Virus record (IMG/VR): IMGVR_UViG_3300022700_000225
Span: 1-63,760 of that record
Length of the DNA stretch: 63,760 nt
Source of the DNA: a virus
Taxonomy: Duplodnaviria > Caudoviricetes
Strand: one strand, 5' to 3'
Position 1 is the stretch's first letter, and the number at the start of each line of letters is the position of its first letter. Of this stretch, positions 7,439 to 18,400 are shown piece by piece. The notes below the pieces were generated by a model. That model was given only the letters and a program-made list of their open reading frames with translations. It was not told where the DNA came from and did no database searches. A program made the translations under genes and the position numbers.

Positions 7439-10400
7439 TTGGAAGACTATTCTATTTTTCTAAAAGCTTTGAATTTTAATAAATCAACCTCTAATAGATG
7501 GGTGAGAAGATTCGTCTATCCCTCATCAGGGGAGTATGTCATTACCATTGATACCGCCAAACGGACTATTGATTATCCCAAGCCCATTATTTTAGGTGAT
7601 CGCACCACCAGCAACTTTGACCACCCGGAAAATTTTGTGGTGCTGGAGTGCGTATGCCGTTTGCTTGCAAAAGGCTACGATCCCGCCACTCTCATTCTGG
7701 AAAAGCGATATCAGGTTGGTCGTGGAGCATCAGGCGGCAAGAGTGACATTACCGTGTTAAGACGCACAACCGACCCCAACGATCAAAAAAACGCTTCGCC
7801 CTTGCTGATTATTGAATGTAAGACCTTTGGCGCTGAGCACGACAAGGAAATACAGAAAACTATAGAGGACGGCGGGCAACTTTTCGGCTATCTTGCCAAC
7901 GACCACAGCGCTACTCATCTCTGCGTCTATTCCTCTAAGCTGAATAACGAATGCATTGAATATCGCTCTGATATCATTCATGTGGAGGATACTCCTGAAG
8001 CTAAAGAAAAATTTGCCAAAAAAGAAAAGACCGATGGCTACACTGCCGCCCGCCAAGCCATACCGTTATTCGAGCACGCCCACAACCGAGAAACTTTGCA
8101 CCATGCCTGGAAAACCACTTACGACGGAACATTTCAGTCCAGCGGAATTTTTGAAGAGGAGTTTACTCCCTACGCCATTGGCTACATTCCTTGGCGGGGC
8201 AAAGACCTCAAAGAATTCAACGGACAAAACGGCAGCATTAGGGTTTTCAACAGTTTCATGGAAATTCTGCGCCACAATAATGTATCAGACAAGGAAAACG
8301 CCTTTAACCGCTTATGCGCTATTATTCTTGCCAAATTAATTGATGAAGATCGTGAACCCGCCGCTATCCTCGATTTTCAATGGTTCCCCAACAAAGACAC
8401 CGCTGAAGATTTGATTGATCGTTTGCAACGCCTTTACAAGCGCGGCATGAAAGAAACTCTGGGCGAGGAAATCACTTACTTTGAAGAGCGTGATATTGAT
8501 CAAGCATTTATCGTCCATCGGCGAGACATAGCACGCAATGAGGTTAAAAAAATCTTTCGCGCCCTTAAATTTTACACCAACAACGATTTTGCATTTAAGG
8601 AAGTCCACAACAAAAAACTGTTTGAACAAAACACCCAGGTGGTGCGCGAGATAGTGGAGTTATTTCAGGGCTATCGCATGAAATATACCAGCAAACAGGC
8701 TTTTTTAGGCAATCTTTTTGAGCTTCTACTAAACAGCGGTTTCAAACAGTCGGAAGGGCAATTTTTTACTCCTATTCCCATCGCCCGGTTTATTGTGCGC
8801 TGTCTGCCGTTGCGTGAACGCATGGCAAATGCCATTAAAGCAGGAACTCCCCACATCCTTCCAAAGATAACAGATTATGCCTGTGGCAGCGCCCATTTTC
8901 TTACCGAAATCATTGAAGAAATCCAAGAAGACCTCGACGTGCTGAAACGACCGGAGGCCAAAAATACCACTTGGGCGAGAGATCATGTATGGGGTATTGA
9001 AAAGGACTACCGTCTTGCCCGCACAGCCAAGATCGCCCTTTTTCTCCACGGCGCGGGCGATGCCAACATCCTCCACGATGACGGGCTGGACCATGCAAAC
9101 TCCATCCTGCCCAAACCGGGTACGGTGGATGTGTTGGTGGCGAATCCGCCCTATTCGGTCAAGGACTTCAAACAACACCTGCGCCTACAAAACAACCAGT
9201 TCACTCTGCTGCCACATCTGACCGCTAATTCAAGTGAGATTGAAATTTTGTTTGTAGAACGTTCCGCACAGCTTTTGGCGGTGGGTGGCATGGCCGGAAT
9301 CATCCTGCCCTCCTCCATTCTGAGCAACAGCGGTATCTATCAGCGTACCCGCGCCCTGTTACTTGAAAAATTCTTACTGCGCGGCATTGTCGAGTTGGGC
9401 GGTTCCGCATTTATCGCCACCGGAACTAACACCATCATCCTATTCATAGAGCGTCGTCCAGACTTCCATCGCGACCATTTCAGCATTCGGGCAGATGCCC
9501 TGTTTGACGAGGAGAAAAAACCCAAAGATGCTGATTATGCCGACAGCGACTTGCTGCGGGCCTACTGCGTAGCCGCCGGTCTTGACTTTACCGACTATTG
9601 CCAATGGTTGGCGGACCCACACGGTGAATTGCCGAAAGAATTGGAACAAACCCCCCTTTTTGCAGCTTATCAGCGCGAATTTGACGGCCTGGCCAGCACA
9701 AAAAGGCGCAAAGCGCAAGTAACGTTCAAAAAACTTCCGCATAATGATCAAAAAGCCGAACTGAGGGGAAAATTCCTCCGCCACTGCCGCGAAACCGAGC
9801 GAAATAAATTTTTCTATTTTGTCCTGGCGCATGTTGAAACATTCGAAAAAGGCGAAATAATTCCGCAACGCACCACCATACTGCGTGGCACGGGAAGTAA
9901 AACCGAAGAGCAAACCTTTCTCGGTTACAAATGGAGTCAGCGCCGCGGCTCCGAGGGGATGGTAAATTTGCGTGAACCTTACGACGGCGGACTACTCTAC
10001 ACGCCGGGCAGCGGTAGCCGGATTGAACCACCCACTAAGGCCGCCTACTATTTCCGCCATGCCTTTTTGGGGACGAAAGCGGATGGATTACCGGATGATT
10101 CTCCCCTTAATGGCAAGCTGCGCATCACTTCAACCTCCAGTTGTTTCGACTTCAGTCGCACCGCTTGCGACCTAGCCGTCAATCTATCGCCAGTCGAGGA
10201 AAATACCGCACCGGTGTTTGATACGCAGTATCCCTTGGTAGCGATAGGGACGATTACGGAAATACGCAACGGCGGCACACCTTCATCTAAAATTGCGGAT
10301 TATTGGGACGGTAATATTCCTTGGGCAACACTTGTTGATGTAAAACAAAAAGAAGTACATTCAACCGCTCGTACAATCTCTCAGTCAGGGCTGGAAAAGA

Positions 10401-10780
10401 GCAACGCACAATTATTACCAAAAAATACTGTTCTTCTGTCCAGCCGCGCAACCATTGGCGAAGTAGCTATAGCCCGTATTGAGTTGGCAACGAATCAAGG
10501 CTTCAAAAACTTTATCTGCAATGAGCATAAAATATTGCCGGAATACTTATATGAGGTTTTGGTTTGGCAAAAAGAAAATATTAAAAAACTTGCAGGCGGT
10601 ATGACTTATGGTGAAATCAGCAAAGGTAAAATTGCCAATTTCCTTATTCCTCTGCCTCCATTAGAAGTGCAACGAAAAATCGTACAGGCCATTGAAACTT
10701 TAGAAAAGAAGGCTGAAACCTATGTTATTAAGGATTTGGAAGAACAAAAGCGACAAATCCTGCTCGACGGCATCAGATGA
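7439..10780 (+). CDS. Fused restriction-modification enzyme (Type IIG / Type I-like: nuclease + N6-MTase + TRD)
   Basis: SDI...IIECK PD-(D/E)xK motif; GQFFTP, DYACGSAHF and NPPY MTase motifs; C-terminal HsdS-like TRD (GGTPS...SSRATIG..TNQGF..IPLPPLEVQRKIV). Confidence 0.92.
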   Translation: MEDYSIFLKALNFNKSTSNRWVRRFVYPSSGEYVITIDTAKRTIDYPKPIILGDRTTSNFDHPENFVVLECVCRLLAKGYDPATLILEKRYQVGRGASGGKSDITVLRRTTDPNDQKNASPLLIIECKTFGAEHDKEIQKTIEDGGQLFGYLANDHSATHLCVYSSKLNNECIEYRSDIIHVEDTPEAKEKFAKKEKTDGYTAARQAIPLFEHAHNRETLHHAWKTTYDGTFQSSGIFEEEFTPYAIGYIPWRGKDLKEFNGQNGSIRVFNSFMEILRHNNVSDKENAFNRLCAIILAKLIDEDREPAAILDFQWFPNKDTAEDLIDRLQRLYKRGMKETLGEEITYFEERDIDQAFIVHRRDIARNEVKKIFRALKFYTNNDFAFKEVHNKKLFEQNTQVVREIVELFQGYRMKYTSKQAFLGNLFELLLNSGFKQSEGQFFTPIPIARFIVRCLPLRERMANAIKAGTPHILPKITDYACGSAHFLTEIIEEIQEDLDVLKRPEAKNTTWARDHVWGIEKDYRLARTAKIALFLHGAGDANILHDDGLDHANSILPKPGTVDVLVANPPYSVKDFKQHLRLQNNQFTLLPHLTANSSEIEILFVERSAQLLAVGGMAGIILPSSILSNSGIYQRTRALLLEKFLLRGIVELGGSAFIATGTNTIILFIERRPDFHRDHFSIRADALFDEEKKPKDADYADSDLLRAYCVAAGLDFTDYCQWLADPHGELPKELEQTPLFAAYQREFDGLASTKRRKAQVTFKKLPHNDQKAELRGKFLRHCRETERNKFFYFVLAHVETFEKGEIIPQRTTILRGTGSKTEEQTFLGYKWSQRRGSEGMVNLREPYDGGLLYTPGSGSRIEPPTKAAYYFRHAFLGTKADGLPDDSPLNGKLRITSTSSCFDFSRTACDLAVNLSPVEENTAPVFDTQYPLVAIGTITEIRNGGTPSSKIADYWDGNIPWATLVDVKQKEVHSTARTISQSGLEKSNAQLLPKNTVLLSSRATIGEVAIARIELATNQGFKNFICNEHKILPEYLYEVLVWQKENIKKLAGGMTYGEISKGKIANFLIPLPPLEVQRKIVQAIETLEKKAETYVIKDLEEQKRQILLDGIR

Positions 10781-10888
10781 AAAACAGAATGTTCAAAGAA
10801 TCACACAACGGAACGTGAAAACTGCAGTTTCCATATAATCAAACTCATTTCATACATTTTTATTCCTTTGGTCAAAGCTGTCTAAATT

Positions 10889-11404
10889 TCACTCCCACGA
10901 TTTGGACCCGACAAACCGCCGGTCCCAATAATCCCCGTCAAAAAGCCTTAAATCCACCGGCCCGGTTGAACTGCCAGACTGCCACACCTCCGGCTGCCTC
11001 GCGTGCATGCCGATATGGCCGTAGGGCCGTTGTTCCTGCAATGTCCACCAGATCCAGTCCCCGCATGCCCCCTCTTTCCAGTGCTTTTCACGGCCTGCGG
11101 CCAGGATGAAATACCGGGCGCTGGTGGTCCTGGGCACGGGCCGGCCGATTTTCTTTTGCACATGATAAACCGCCCCTGAGCAATCAAACCCGCCTTCTTT
11201 AAAAGACTCGCCGCCCCACACATACGGCATGCCCTCCATGCTTTCCCACACAGACACGATTGCCGCACAATCAACCTTTTTCCCGGCGTCAGGAATATGG
11301 TCGTCAGCTGGCGACCCGGCTGATGATAATGGCCAGTCCAAGCAGGAAGGCAGACACAACAAGGCTGCCGCCAGTAAACACATTGCCGGAAAACGCTTTT
11401 TCAA
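10889..11404 (-). CDS. NlpC/P60 peptidoglycan endopeptidase with predicted lipoprotein signal (candidate endolysin)
   Basis: PYVWGG, FDCSG and GHIG motifs; LLAAALLCLPSC lipobox-like N-terminus; end of the lysis cassette; start uncertain. Confidence 0.85.
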   Translation of the reverse strand: MKKRFPAMCLLAAALLCLPSCLDWPLSSAGSPADDHIPDAGKKVDCAAIVSVWESMEGMPYVWGGESFKEGGFDCSGAVYHVQKKIGRPVPRTTSARYFILAAGREKHWKEGACGDWIWWTLQEQRPYGHIGMHARQPEVWQSGSSTGPVDLRLFDGDYWDRRFVGSKSWE

Positions 11405-11513
11405 AATCCCACCCCGGAGTCAAGCGGTCAAAAAGTTTAAAGCCGATCAAAAACAGCGCCACGCCCATCACCCCGCCGGCCAGACATGTCATTAAATAAG
11501 ATCCCACATTCAT
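11304..11513 (-). CDS. DUF350-like two-TM membrane protein (holin/antiholin candidate)
   Basis: FKLFDRLTPGWDF...GN...LGLAIII pattern; ATGA overlap with the o-spanin stop. Confidence 0.65.
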   Translation of the reverse strand: MNVGSYLMTCLAGGVMGVALFLIGFKLFDRLTPGWDFEKAFSGNVFTGGSLVVSAFLLGLAIIISRVAS

Positions 11514-11800
11514 TTGCCCATTTCCTCCTTCCATTCCCGAAGCGCCTGCTTGTCGGACCGGTGCAGGCGGTTGATTTCCCACAAGTCAAGAGCCCAGTCC
11601 CGCAGGTTCCCGTTCTTGTCTCCCTCCAGTGCCGGGGCTTCATACGCCTGCAGGTATTGCTCCGGCGGCAGGACATAGACGTATTCAGTCCTGACAATGG
11701 GCTGTGGCATCCCGCAGGCGGTCATAGACAGCATCAGGCATGCGGGCATCAGCCCACTCGCTGATTTCCTGATTCTCTTTTTCCAGCCTTGCCATTTCAT
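11510..11800 (-). CDS. o-spanin (Rz1/LysC-like lipoprotein)
   Basis: Lipobox MTAC followed by a Pro-rich segment; overlaps the 3' end of the i-spanin; start may be 11749. Confidence 0.8.
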   Translation of the reverse strand: MKWQGWKKRIRKSASGLMPACLMLSMTACGMPQPIVRTEYVYVLPPEQYLQAYEAPALEGDKNGNLRDWALDLWEINRLHRSDKQALREWKEEMGK

Positions 11801-12053
11801 TTTTCAGTTCCTTTGCTTCTTTCCGGATCTCAACCGCCCTGGCCTTTTCCCGGGCGGCTGCCGCCTCGGCCGCCTCGCGCTGCCGGGCAAGATCCTTGAT
11901 CCGCTTCTCCCGGTCCTGGATTTCGGCCTGCTGCTGGACAATCGTGGCGGCCTGTTTCGCCTTTTCCTCGATCAGCGCCCGGTTCTGCCAGAACAGAAAG
12001 CCGGCTGCGGCCAGAAGTGCCGCAATGATTCCGATCTTGATTTTAGTCATCAT
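11685..12053 (-). CDS. i-spanin (Rz/LysB-like)
   Basis: N-terminal TM, coiled coil, C-terminal WADARMPDAV motif. Confidence 0.85.
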   Translation of the reverse strand: MMTKIKIGIIAALLAAAGFLFWQNRALIEEKAKQAATIVQQQAEIQDREKRIKDLARQREAAEAAAAREKARAVEIRKEAKELKNEMARLEKENQEISEWADARMPDAVYDRLRDATAHCQD

Positions 12054-12420
12054 GCCTCCTGCCCTTGCCGTTTCCGCCGTTTAAAATCTTGGCCTGCTGG
12101 TCCGGGGTAAGATTGGGCATGTGGGCCACCAGAGACCGCAGCATGTAATACTGAATTTGACTGCTGGCCTTTGCCTCCCGGTGCTGGCGCTCAGTGGTTC
12201 TCCGAAGGTCGGCCAGTTCCCTGGAGACCATTTCAATGTGCTGGTCAGAGGTCTCCCGCTTGCTGTCGCGGAGATGGCCGCACTGAACAATATGCTGGCT
12301 GCACTGGTCGTGCGTGACAAACTTGGATGACATTTTCCAGACAACCGTCACCCCGCCGACCACTGCTGACGCGACCCCTATCGCTATTGTTGCAACCCCA
12401 AAAGCCATGGTTGGTTCCAT
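12043..12420 (-). CDS. Single-TM membrane protein, putative holin
   Basis: N-terminal hydrophobic helix plus coiled coil; first gene of the lysis cassette. Confidence 0.5.
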   Translation of the reverse strand: MEPTMAFGVATIAIGVASAVVGGVTVVWKMSSKFVTHDQCSQHIVQCGHLRDSKRETSDQHIEMVSRELADLRRTTERQHREAKASSQIQYYMLRSLVAHMPNLTPDQQAKILNGGNGKGRRHDD

Positions 12421-12437
12421 CCAATAAACTCCTTTCC

Positions 12438-15400
12438 CTACATCCCTGCCCGCTGCCTCAGCCTTTGCGCATACGGCCGCAGATATTCCGGCGGCTGCCG
12501 GCCCTGCATCCGGGTGGCAATCGAGTGTTTCAGGTCAATGATATATTCAAACCGGCCCCGTTCTGCCTGTTCCCGGTTCCAGTCCGCGACTTCTTTGGCA
12601 ATTTTGCGCACCTCCTTGAAATCGCCCTCATGCACGGCCTTTGCCATGCGGTCGGCAAAATTGCGCTGCTTTCTGACCTTGTAGGCCCGAAGATCCCCGA
12701 TCTTCTGAGTCATTTCCCATGACTTCTGATTTTCCACAGGCTGAAACCCGAAGGCTTTGGCTATCGCCTGGGGTGCAGTAATCCGCCTCGGTTCCACTTC
12801 TCCGGGCAGCACAATGGGCCGGCCCGTATGCGTGTAAAGCCCTTCGGAATAGGCCCGGTGGGCGCGAATCGGGTTGGCGATCACCGGCGGCAAAATGCTT
12901 TCAAGCGCCCGCAGCGGGTCCCGGTTGTATGCCGCGGTCATGGTGCGCTCAATATCGACCAGCATGGAGTAAGGAATGCCGATTGCTTCGGCAAAAAGCC
13001 GGGCGCCCTGCCCGGTGGGCGACTGATCCACCCGGTATCTTGACAAAATGGGCAGCTCCATGCTCATGGAAGATCCCAGGGTGGTGCCGCCGACAGTGGG
13101 CAAACCGTATAAGGCCATGTCCCGCACCCAGTCCATGTCCTCATCATCGGGCAGCAGCTTGTCCACGGTCTTTTCCTCCCAGTCATCGCCTGTGAGCTGC
13201 CGCATCATCGCCATGAAGGTTTTATACAAGGGGAAGGACGTCAGGCCGCCGAACGCCACCACAGCCGCGAGCGAGCGCATAAGCGCCCTCTGGCCGGAGC
13301 CGCCCTGCTTCCACTGCCATTTCCACAAAGACAGCAGGTTGTGGGTGAAAAACCGGAATGTGTAACCGGTGCCGGCCACGTACCGGACAATCGGAGACTT
13401 GTCGGCCCGGACCAGCTCGGGCCGGTTGTGCCGGCCAAAGTCAAAGTTGGTGTCTGTGTTGATCTCGCTGGCAAAGGCCATTGCCTCATCGTATGAAAGC
13501 GCTTCGCCGGCCTTTTTGTTAAACTTCTTCAAGGTCTTCGGGTTGGTGATCTTGCCTTCCCGGGCAATGTTAAAGGCGGCCAGCCCCACGGTGGTCCGGT
13601 TGAACCGTTCCGATATGGCCATGGGAATGCCCAGCAGCTTGACAAACCGGTCCCAGCCGGAAGCTACCGGGTCCCTTGCAATCTGGCCGGAGACTTCTTC
13701 TGTAAACTGGGCGCCGGACAACCCCTTTTCATAAAAGTCATGCAAAAACCGCCGCTGCTCCATGGTCAGGGTCTTTTTGCCGTTTAGCGCGTCTGTCAGC
13801 ATCTTGCCGGTGGTGCCCAGATAGCGGGAATTGGCCCGCTTTGTTTCCATGGACAGCCGGGACGTGCCGGCCACAATCACCTGAGTGAGGTTCAGCACCG
13901 GGGTTTTAATCGATGCTCCCAGGTACTTGGCAAAAAACAGGGACTTCATCCAGGCAATACGCTTGTCGTGCTGATCTGAATTGCGCAGCATGTCAGACAC
14001 ATAGTTTTTGGACGCCTTGTAGAGCTCCGGGTCTTTTTTTGCATCCAGGGTGGCCAGTATTTTGGAATAATCCCGGCTGGCCTCCATCTTGGTCATCCAC
14101 CCGTTGCTGCCGGTCAGATACCGGTAGAGCACCTTCTGGATGTCCCGTTTTTCATGGCCCGGGATGTCGTGCTGGCGGATGGTGTGCGCCCCGAATCCCC
14201 GCATCTTCAGCACGTCTGCCACCTTTTCGGGCAAAATCTGCTCAAATGCGTGGGCAAGATCCGGACCGGCCTGCTGGGCCGCGGTTTTCAGGATCTGTGA
14301 AATGGCATCTGTGGGAATCGGGGTGTCATAGATGGACTCCTCGGGCAGGTTTTCGTTTCTGCCCACCTTGACTTTCATGTTTTTGAACTCGGGGTATCTG
14401 GCAAAGATTTTTTCCAGCTCCTTTGCCGCTGCCCTGCGCTGGCTCAAATTGAGCCTGGCATCAAAATGGGACCGGAACACCACCTCGCCTTCCTGATCCC
14501 GGATCTGGATATAGTGATTGCCGTAGCGCACATGCGGAAAATAGTTTTTCTTGTACCGGGCATCCTTTCTGAATTGATCAATCTGGTTGCGGTCCACTTC
14601 CGATGAGCGGGCCAGCAGGGCGTCAATCTGGGTCCATTTGTTGTCCAGCACCCGGCGGACCTGCACCACTTCTTTGGCAACCTCTTTGGAAACGCCCAGA
14701 TTTTTTACGATCCAGTTTTCCAGCGCCGGATACGCCTCTTCATTGACCTGCAGGCCCTTTTCCGCATCCACTATAAGGCTGTCTGGCACGCCCTTGATGT
14801 CCTGGCCGTCAATGGTCCAGATCACGTCCCGCACCGCCTCCAGGTTTTCGCCCCGCAGCTTCCAGAAGGAATCCAGGGTCACAACGTCTTTGGTGTTTAG
14901 ATCGTTTCGGGTTTCAATGCGCTTTTTGGTGCGGTCATAGAGCTTGCCGAAGGCTTCCGGATAATACTTTGCCATCCATTGCGGCAGCATGAGGGCCCGC
15001 TGCGTGACCCGCATTTTCTTTTCGTCCTTGCCGAAAGTGACATTGGGCGGCAGGTCTCCGGTGCGCAGGAAGTGGGCAAATTCTCTGTCAGGATTTTTGG
15101 GCTGGTATTGTTCGTCACCCCAGGCGGCCCGGCGGATTTGCGCGCCGGAATGTCTTGTCTTTTTGACCGGAGCGCCGTAATCGGAAGCCTTGAGGCCGGG
15201 CGGGAGGTCGCCGGCGCGGGCAAAGCGGGCGCCTTCTGATCCTGCCGGAGGGGTTGTCCCGTCGGGAAGGGAGGTTAAGTCTCGATTTTTGGCCGTGTCG
15301 GTTTTTTCAGAGGGCTGCCGGGAGGCTACTTGCTCTTGAACAGATCCTTGAACTTGCCCCGCGCCTGGTTCGATACCTGCCTGCCGTGCTGCCGCAAGGA

Positions 15401-18400
15401 TTCGATCTCGGAGGTCGTCAAGCGAAGGCTGTCTTGCAATGTAGTGGGCTTCTTTTTGGGTGAGGGCTTCGAGCTTTCCGGCGATGTTGTGTTCCCGGAG
15501 GAATTTTTCTGTTTGCTGTCTGCCATGTTTATCCTCGATCTTCTTGATGATTTGCGTATCTGGCTTGATTTTACTGCCGTATATGCCGGATGTCAATGCG
15601 GAAACAGCCGCCACCTCTCCGCCGTTGTTTTCGATGAAGTGGCGCAGTTCAGACATAGTGCCGCCCTGCCCCAGGGCGTCGTCTATAAGAATGTACTTGC
15701 GTCCGGCCTGGACCTTGCCGTCAAATTCGGGGCGGGCAACAAGCCGGAGCGGGGAGTCTTTTTCTGTGCGGGCTGCCCGGTTGGACTGAACGATGTCAGT
15801 GTTTACCTCGAATCCGGCATCCCTGTAAGCCTCCGCAAGAACACGCGGAATGGCATTTTTTCCGGCCGCCTCTTCGGCATGAGGGGCCACCACAACCGCA
15901 TCCGGATACTGTTTTTTCAGGTTCAAAATCTTTTCCGGCTTGACCAGATCCCGGACAAGGCTGATTGCAGCCCTGGCGTCTCCGGCCTTGGCCTTCTTGT
16001 ATTCCGGATGCCCTGTCAACTTGCTCATGGAGGTGTGCAGCGTGGCATTTGCAAAATCCTTGGGCCAGGACTTAACTGACGTGCGGGCAAAGCGGGTGTC
16101 GGGGCTGGCCGGGTCAAACGTGCCCTGGTTTCCTGTGGCGGATTTGATTTGTTCGGGCTCAAAGGCAACATAGACCCCCGCATGTTGCGCCTCAAAATCT
16201 TTGACTCCATCAAAGTCTGTTACAAGCCCGCCCACGCGCTCATCGTATAAGTCCACATAGGCAGAATCAAACTCATTGGTTCGGAGGCTGCGGTTTTTGT
16301 CTATCTTTACCTGGCCTGTTTTTTTGAGCGTCTCTTTTTGTTTGGCAGTAAGCCGGGTCGGCTCTTCGTGAACATACCCGTCAAAGCCGCTTTCTTTTAA
16401 CCGGGCAGTGATTTCCCGGGTCGTATATTCTTTACCTTCTTTTGATAATTGATTTATGGCTTTAGCAACATCTTTCTTGCTGGCAGGATTTTTAATGGAA
16501 AGATAAAATGCCCGGGTTTCACTGTCGGGCGCATTGGGCCGGCCCCATGGTCGCCGCCCGTGCATATCTGCATCTTCCCGATTCCCGGAGAACCAAAAGC
16601 CCATTACTGGGGCATCAGGATCATGGGAATTTATTTTGCTCTTATCAAATTCAGAGAATCCCGGCGTCGGGCTCCCATGATAGACGACCAAGGGCCCGCC
16701 GTTTTCATCCACCACCTTGGAGGCCTGATCATGCTCTGCCTTGACTTTTCCCAGCCATTGCTTTAATTTTTTATCCATAGGGCCGGATTGAGCATTGATC
16801 CCCGGCGCCCTAATGCCGGCAAGATGATGCTCCGATTCGGCCCTTGTTATTTCCACGCTGGAAACAAAAGCATTGTGCAGCTCGTTTCCTTCCGGCTTGC
16901 TGGCCTCTCTGACGGTAAAGCGGACCCAGTAATCTCCCGTATCCGGATCATTGACCTTTGACAGATAATTGTGATGGGCAATGATGTTGTTGTGTTTTGC
17001 CGGATCTCGTTCGCTTTCCGAATAAATGGGCTCTGCTTTTTCGAGCAGGGGCTTAAACTGCGGTATGATTCTCAGCATCAAGTCCCGCTGACGATGGCCG
17101 AGGATCTTTTTAAAAGCATTGGTTACAAAAAGAATCCTTCTGCCGTCCCGCTGATTGACCGCACTGCCGGCTGCTTTGTATGCCTTGCGCGCAGATTGCT
17201 TGTCCACTGCTGCCGGTTCAATGGACATGGCCGGCATTTCAATCACCCGTCTGTATTGCTCCGCCGATTCCCAATCGCCGAACCATTTCTTGAAATATTT
17301 GGACTGCACGCCCTTTTCGGCCCATTCCCTCCGGGCCTCCGCCCGCTGTGCAGCCTCCGCCCCGGCCTCATCGGATCTGGCAAACCGCACCCCGGCCTGA
17401 TCGTCATAATAAACGGTTGTCAGCACCTCTTCGGGGTTCTGGCCCATTTTCATCAGGCCTTCCCTTTTGAGCATCGCCTCCAGGGTCTTCCATGGTGGCT
17501 CCGCCTTGCGCTTTTCCGGCGACAGCTCCAGGCGCTTTTGGGTCAGCCGGGCCTCGGCCTCGCCGGCCAGGGTAAGGTAGGCATAGCCCCGGGCCACGTA
17601 ATCGGCTTCGCGCTTCAGCTTCACAGCTTCCGCATTGACCTTTGATCGTTGATCCCGGTCCTTGATCTCCATGGCGGTGCGGACTTTGCTATTGGCTTTC
17701 CGGTACAGCTGTTCCGCCCTCGGCACGCCCCGGGCCGGTTCCACGGATGACATGCTGCCGCCCCTGGCAAAGCCCTCCCGCCGCTGAACCGCGTGCTGGA
17801 GTTCGTGCAAAAGGTGGCTTTTCAGTTTCGATGCCGGCACCTGGGAGCCAACCAAAATGCTCTGGTTGTCATGGCTGTATCCGGCCCCGGCTTCGTTGAC
17901 GGGGTGGACCCCGACGCGGATATCCATTAAAGACGGATATGCTTTAAAAAGCGCCGGCGCCTCGATCAATTCATTGAGTTTGAAATATCCCTTTTCCCCG
18001 GCCACCTGCTCTATCACGGCCTGGAAAGGCATGCCCTTCTGGTTGATCCGCCGGTTTAGCCGGACCTGTCCGCTGTCGATTTCAAAGCTCCACTGGCCGG
18101 GCACGATCTCCCACCAGCCGGTTGTCTTCCAAATCTTCTCCCGGCTTGCCGTGCCTTTTTCCTTTGCCAGCTTGGCTTTTTCCAGCATGCCGGTATCTGC
18201 GGTCGCGGCCTTTTTGCCAAGGAACAGAAAACGGGGATCTGCCTTTAAGCCCTGGCCCACAAAGCCGGTTTCGCCCTTTTCAATCACTTGATCCGCCCGG
18301 GAAATGACCATGCGCAGATCCGCCCGGGTCAGCCCTGTGTTGGGAAACAGCTTTCGCACCCATGCGGCAACCCTGGAAACAAACCGGTCAAGCAGGGTCC

